Shown one piece after another: positions 31,773 to 35,124 of a stretch of 35,124 bases of DNA (position 1 is the first letter of the stretch; each line of letters begins with the position of its first letter). The stretch is from assembly GCF_000696425.1 (NCBI RefSeq), contig NW_007731670.1:67549-102672 (forward strand), written 5' to 3'. The DNA is from Galeopterus variegatus. Lineage: Eukaryota. The translations under genes were made by a program, and so were the position numbers. A model generated the notes under the pieces. The model was not told the DNA's origin and did not search any database. It saw only the letters and a program-made list of their open reading frames with translations.

Positions 31773-31835
31773 GTGAGATGAGTCACTGGGTGGTTTCTTC
31801 TCTGAGATACGGGACTCCTGGGTGTGCGGATGGGG

Positions 31836-31849
31836 GGGGGGGGGACTCA
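31836..31849 (+). repeat. G14 homopolymer in intron 32
   Basis: ggatggggggggggggggactc. Confidence 0.75.
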
Positions 31850-32274
31850 TCAGGAGGTGTAATGGAAAAAATAGTCAAGTTTCCATTCCAAGATGAAAAT
31901 GCCAAGAGTATAAGCAAATCATTCTCAGGAGTCCTTTTGCTTACTCTCATAGATCAGAGGTCCTTAAACTTTATTTAGTGGGCATGAAATTATTTGAATT
32001 GCTGATCCTTGGGTCCCCAGATAGTGGTTCTCTAGGTCTGGAGTGGGGCCTAAAGCTTGGTACTTTTAACAAGTGTTCTTGATATGGGGCCAGAGGGCCA
32101 CACTTTGAGACTTGCTATTTTATCAGCACCACACTCTAACCAACTAAAACTTACTATTTTTGACACACCATGTGATTCCATTTTTGCTGGGGTTAATGGG
32201 GTCCAGGCTGACTCCCTAGTGATCTAGAGGATGCAGAAGGGCTGAGCCCTTCTCAATCTGTCTCTCTTTTGTAG

Positions 32275-32515
32275 CTTCTTCAGTCCCTGAACAGGAACAA
32301 AAGCTCCCTGAGGCTGACGTTGCTGTATTTTGCACCTTCCTTAAGCAGCAGGCTCCAATCCTCAGCCAGTACCCCCTACTCCTGCCCCAGCAGGCAGCCA
32401 ACCAGCCTCTAGACTCACCTGTTTGCCACCAGGCCCCCCTGCTCTCCCAGCAATGGCACCTCCGGCGCATGCTGCGATGGCTTAATAAGCCCCAGACCAT
32501 GAGGGATCAGCAAAC
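32275..32515 (+). CDS. TEP1: TEP1 coding exon 33
   Basis: Acceptor ctgtctctcttttgtag|CT. Encodes (A)SSVPEQEQKLPEADVAVFCTFLKQQAPILSQYPLLLPQQAANQPLDSPVCHQAPLLSQQWHLRRMLRWLNKPQTMRDQQ plus AC. Donor AC|gtaaga. Confidence 0.85.
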
Positions 32516-32685
32516 GTAAGAAGACCCTTTACTCTAGACATTAATAAGCCCACCAGAAAGCAAGCTGCAGCCCTTTCTGAAACTGGAGAATAAAGGACAG
32601 ATCAGAAGCACTGTGGAGAGTGGGATTCAGGAGCAGAAATGCAGAAACCGATTTCATGTTTGCTGTCTTCCCCTCATTTTTCTAG

Positions 32686-32809
32686 CTCCAGCCTGACTCT
32701 GGCAGTTTCCTCATCCCCCACCGCTGTGGCCCTGTCCCCCAATGGGCAAAGAGCAGCTGTGGGAACTGCCAGTGGGACAGTTTACCTGTTGGACCTGAGA
32801 ACCTGGCAG
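32686..32809 (+). CDS. TEP1: TEP1 coding exon 34 (first WD40-type repeat sequence)
   Basis: Acceptor cttcccctcatttttctag|C. Encodes (T)SSLTLAVSSSPTAVALSPNGQRAAVGTASGTVYLLDLRTWQ. Donor CAG|gtatga. Confidence 0.85.
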
Positions 32810-33659
32810 GTATGATACTTAAGATGGGGCAGAATTTACCTTCAGAAACCCTCACAGACTGCCCCAAAGCCCTAGACCAGCCAAGACCCATCCTAGACCC
32901 ACCCACTATCACCCTGATTGATTCTTCTCACATCAGATCAAAGGGATGGGTCAAAAAATCAATCACACAGTAGCTCTTTGCTGCACATCTTTATTCAAGG
33001 CATGTACTAAGCATTGCAAGGAACACCGGGCTTAAGACTTTGTTTCTGCCCACCAAGTGGTCAATTTTGTTTGGAAGTAAGACAGAAGGTAAAAAAAGGA
33101 CCTAAAACATAACCGTGTGACATAATTAAGAGTTCAGTGAGTTGTGTAGTTATGGGAGAGAGAAGGGCAGGCATTCTGCATGTAGTGAGGAGCCTGAGCA
33201 AAGACACAGGGGGAGAATGTTTCCTGTAAATTGCTGGGAACGATTGCAGCAGAGGGTGCTTATGGGAGGGTGATAGTAGATTAGGCTGGAGAGATGAGTC
33301 GCATAGCCATGGCCTCTCTCTCCCCTCTTCCCACCCATATTATCCTCACCCCCATGTATATGCATGCATGTAATCCCTCTCCCTCAGACCAATCAAAATC
33401 TCCCATGACTGGGGAGTAGGTATGAGGTTTGGAGAGAAAGAGAAGATGTGGCCCTACTTGGATCATGAGGCCCCATCTGAACCTGTGCCTGGGCTGAGAA
33501 TGTAGACAGACAGGGGCAAGCCCTTCTTCTTCTTCTTTTTTTTTTTATTAGTTTTTTTAAGCCCTTCTTGCCTTGGCCTCCTCTCTGGTTGGGGCCCGGG
33601 GTAGTGGGACATGGAGGGTAAAGGGTGTTGCCTGAGCTGTGCTTCACCCGCTCTCACAG

Positions 33660-33784
33660 GAGGAGAAGTCAGTGGTGAGTGGCTGTGATGGAATCTCCTC
33701 CTGCTCATTCCTCTCTGACAGTGCCCTCTTTCTCACTGCCTTCAGCGGGCTCCTGGAGCTCTGGGACCTGCAGCATGGTTGTCG
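33660..33784 (+). CDS. TEP1: TEP1 coding exon 35 (WD40 repeat region)
   Basis: Acceptor cttcacccgctctcacag|GAG. Encodes EEKSVVSGCDGISSCSFLSDSALFLTAFSGLLELWDLQHGC plus CG. Donor CG|gtacgg. Anchored on ORF 33639..33848. Confidence 0.88.
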
Positions 33785-33911
33785 GTACGGGGTGCCTCCC
33801 ACATATCTTGGAGGGGGGCTTTCTCCATTTATCAGAAGCCTCAGGTGAAGGGAACAAGGGGGGAGCCTATGGCCAAGGAGTCCCAGGGGCCTGACTCTCT
33901 TCCCGGGATAG

Positions 33912-34011
33912 GGTGTTCCAGACCAAGGCCCACCAGTACCAAGTCACTGGCAGCTGCCTGAGCCCAGACCGCCGGCTGCTGGCTACCGTGTGCCTGGGGG
34001 GATGCCTAAAG
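33912..34011 (+). CDS. TEP1: TEP1 coding exon 36 (WD40 repeat region)
   Basis: Acceptor ctcttcccgggatag|G. Encodes (R)VFQTKAHQYQVTGSCLSPDRRLLATVCLGGCLK. Donor AAG|gtaatg. Confidence 0.85.
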
Positions 34012-34229
34012 GTAATGACTAGGGGGCTGCCGTGGTCTAAGTGACCTAGACTGTGAGTCAGTCATGATGAGGTGTTCTCTTAGCATGGCAGAGACTGCTG
34101 ACTGCTTGGCCTGAGGAGGCCTTCCCTGCTGAGTGTGGGGACTGGGCAACGTGGCTGCTGGAGCTCTGGGACTAAGAAGCTCAGGCATCTGTATTCAGCA
34201 CCCTGCCTCCTCTCCTCTCTGTCCTCCAG

Positions 34230-34385
34230 CTGTGGGACACAGTCCATGGGCAGCTGGCCTTCCAGCACACCTGTACCAAGCCCCTGAACTGCACTGCCTT
34301 CCATCCAGAGGGGCAGGTAATAGCCACAGGTAGCTGGTCTGGCAGGTTCAGCTTCTTCCATGTGGACGGGCTCAAAGTCACCAAG
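34230..34385 (+). CDS. TEP1: TEP1 coding exon 37 (WD40 repeat region)
   Basis: Acceptor cctctcctctctgtcctccag|CTG. Encodes LWDTVHGQLAFQHTCTKPLNCTAFHPEGQVIATGSWSGRFSFFHVDGLKVTK in 52 codons. Donor AAG|gtaaga. Confidence 0.88.
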
Positions 34386-34529
34386 GTAAGAAGGTCCTGT
34401 GAGGCTCTGGGAAAGGAAGCATAGGAGGACAGGAGTGGGAGATGGGGAATGATGGACATCAGCATTCCGTGTCACTTTGGGCTTGTGCTGAGAGGGGGCC
34501 TGACATTTCCATTTCTACCTCCTGCATAG

Positions 34530-34742
34530 GAACTGGGGGCCCCAGGAGCCTCTGTCCGTACCTTGGCCTTCAATGTGCCTGGGCGGGTTGTAGCTGTTGG
34601 CCGGTTGGACGGCACGATGGAGCTGTGGGCCTGGCAAGAGGGGGCACGGCTGGCTGCCTTCCCTGCCCACTGTGGCTTTGTTGCTGCTGCGCTTTTCCTG
34701 CGGGCTGGGTGCCAGTTACTGACGGCTGGAGAGGATGGCAAG
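34530..34742 (+). CDS. TEP1: TEP1 coding exon 38 (WD40 repeat region)
   Basis: Acceptor atttctacctcctgcatag|GAA. Encodes ELGAPGASVRTLAFNVPGRVVAVGRLDGTMELWAWQEGARLAAFPAHCGFVAAALFLRAGCQLLTAGEDGK. Donor AAG|gtcagg. Anchored on ORF 34563..34775. Confidence 0.88.
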
Positions 34743-35010
34743 GTCAGGTTACAGAGAGCTGGCAGGGAGTCCTGAGGACGGAGGAGCAAAGGCAGGGAGT
34801 GTTTGGGTGAGGGTGGGCCTTTGTTGAGGAGACTGTGGAGGAGCTTGGATGGCGGGAGCTACAGGGAGAGGGGTGTGGGTGTGTGTGTGGGCAGCCCTCA
34901 TGAGAAGAGCATCTGGAAGGAGCATCTTAATGGGGGTGTCTGTAACTCTGGTGGTGGGGAGGACTGTGTGGTGGAAGTGGGTATCTTTAAGCCCTTTTCT
35001 CGGCCTCCAG

Positions 35011-35124
35011 GTCCAGGTGTGGTCAGGGTCTCTGGGTCGGCCCCGTGGGTGCCTGGGTTCCCTCTCTCTCTCTCCTGCCCTTTCCGTCGCTCTCAGCCCA
35101 GATGGTGACCAGGTGGCTGTTGGG
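35011..35124 (+). CDS. TEP1: TEP1 coding exon 39 (5' part only; truncated by the window end)
   Basis: Acceptor cccttttctcggcctccag|GTC. Encodes VQVWSGSLGRPRGCLGSLSLSPALSVALSPDGDQVAVG. The frame is open to the last base of the window. Confidence 0.85.

Noticed and set aside
32120-32146. Possible fourth t-SINE copy (tatcagcaccacactctaaccaact)
   Set aside because: Only about 25 bp of similarity to the t-SINE anticodon-arm region. It is too short and degenerate to call.

Overview
This window is a eukaryotic (placental mammal) genomic locus, not a prokaryotic one. It carries the 5' roughly 70% of the TEP1 gene (telomerase-associated protein 1, also the vault/vault-RNA-binding protein) on the + strand. 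I resolved 39 coding exons by translation, GT-AG splice signals and phase bookkeeping. The first coding exon holds the start ATG at 2580. The last exon (35011..35124) is cut by the window end. Together the exons give about 1,918 in-frame codons with every intron phase consistent. The encoded protein shows the TEP1 N-terminal ~30-aa repeats, the TROVE-region exons, a NACHT-type P-loop (GQSGQGKT) and the first WD40 repeats. Introns are packed with interspersed repeats. There is a nearly full-length antisense LINE-1 in intron 3. There is a young CpG-rich ~230-bp SINE family (4 copies) and short tRNA-Ile-like t-SINEs (3-4 copies). There are several old MIR fragments and five local tandem duplications; one duplication spans the exon-22 splice donor. 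No CRISPR array, operon-like gene cluster or prokaryotic defence system is present. The six-frame ORF track is dominated by exon read-throughs, antisense-of-exon ORFs and repeat-derived ORFs. I could not determine the host species. The repeat content is non-primate and non-rodent; a dermopteran-like t-SINE pattern is a low-confidence guess.
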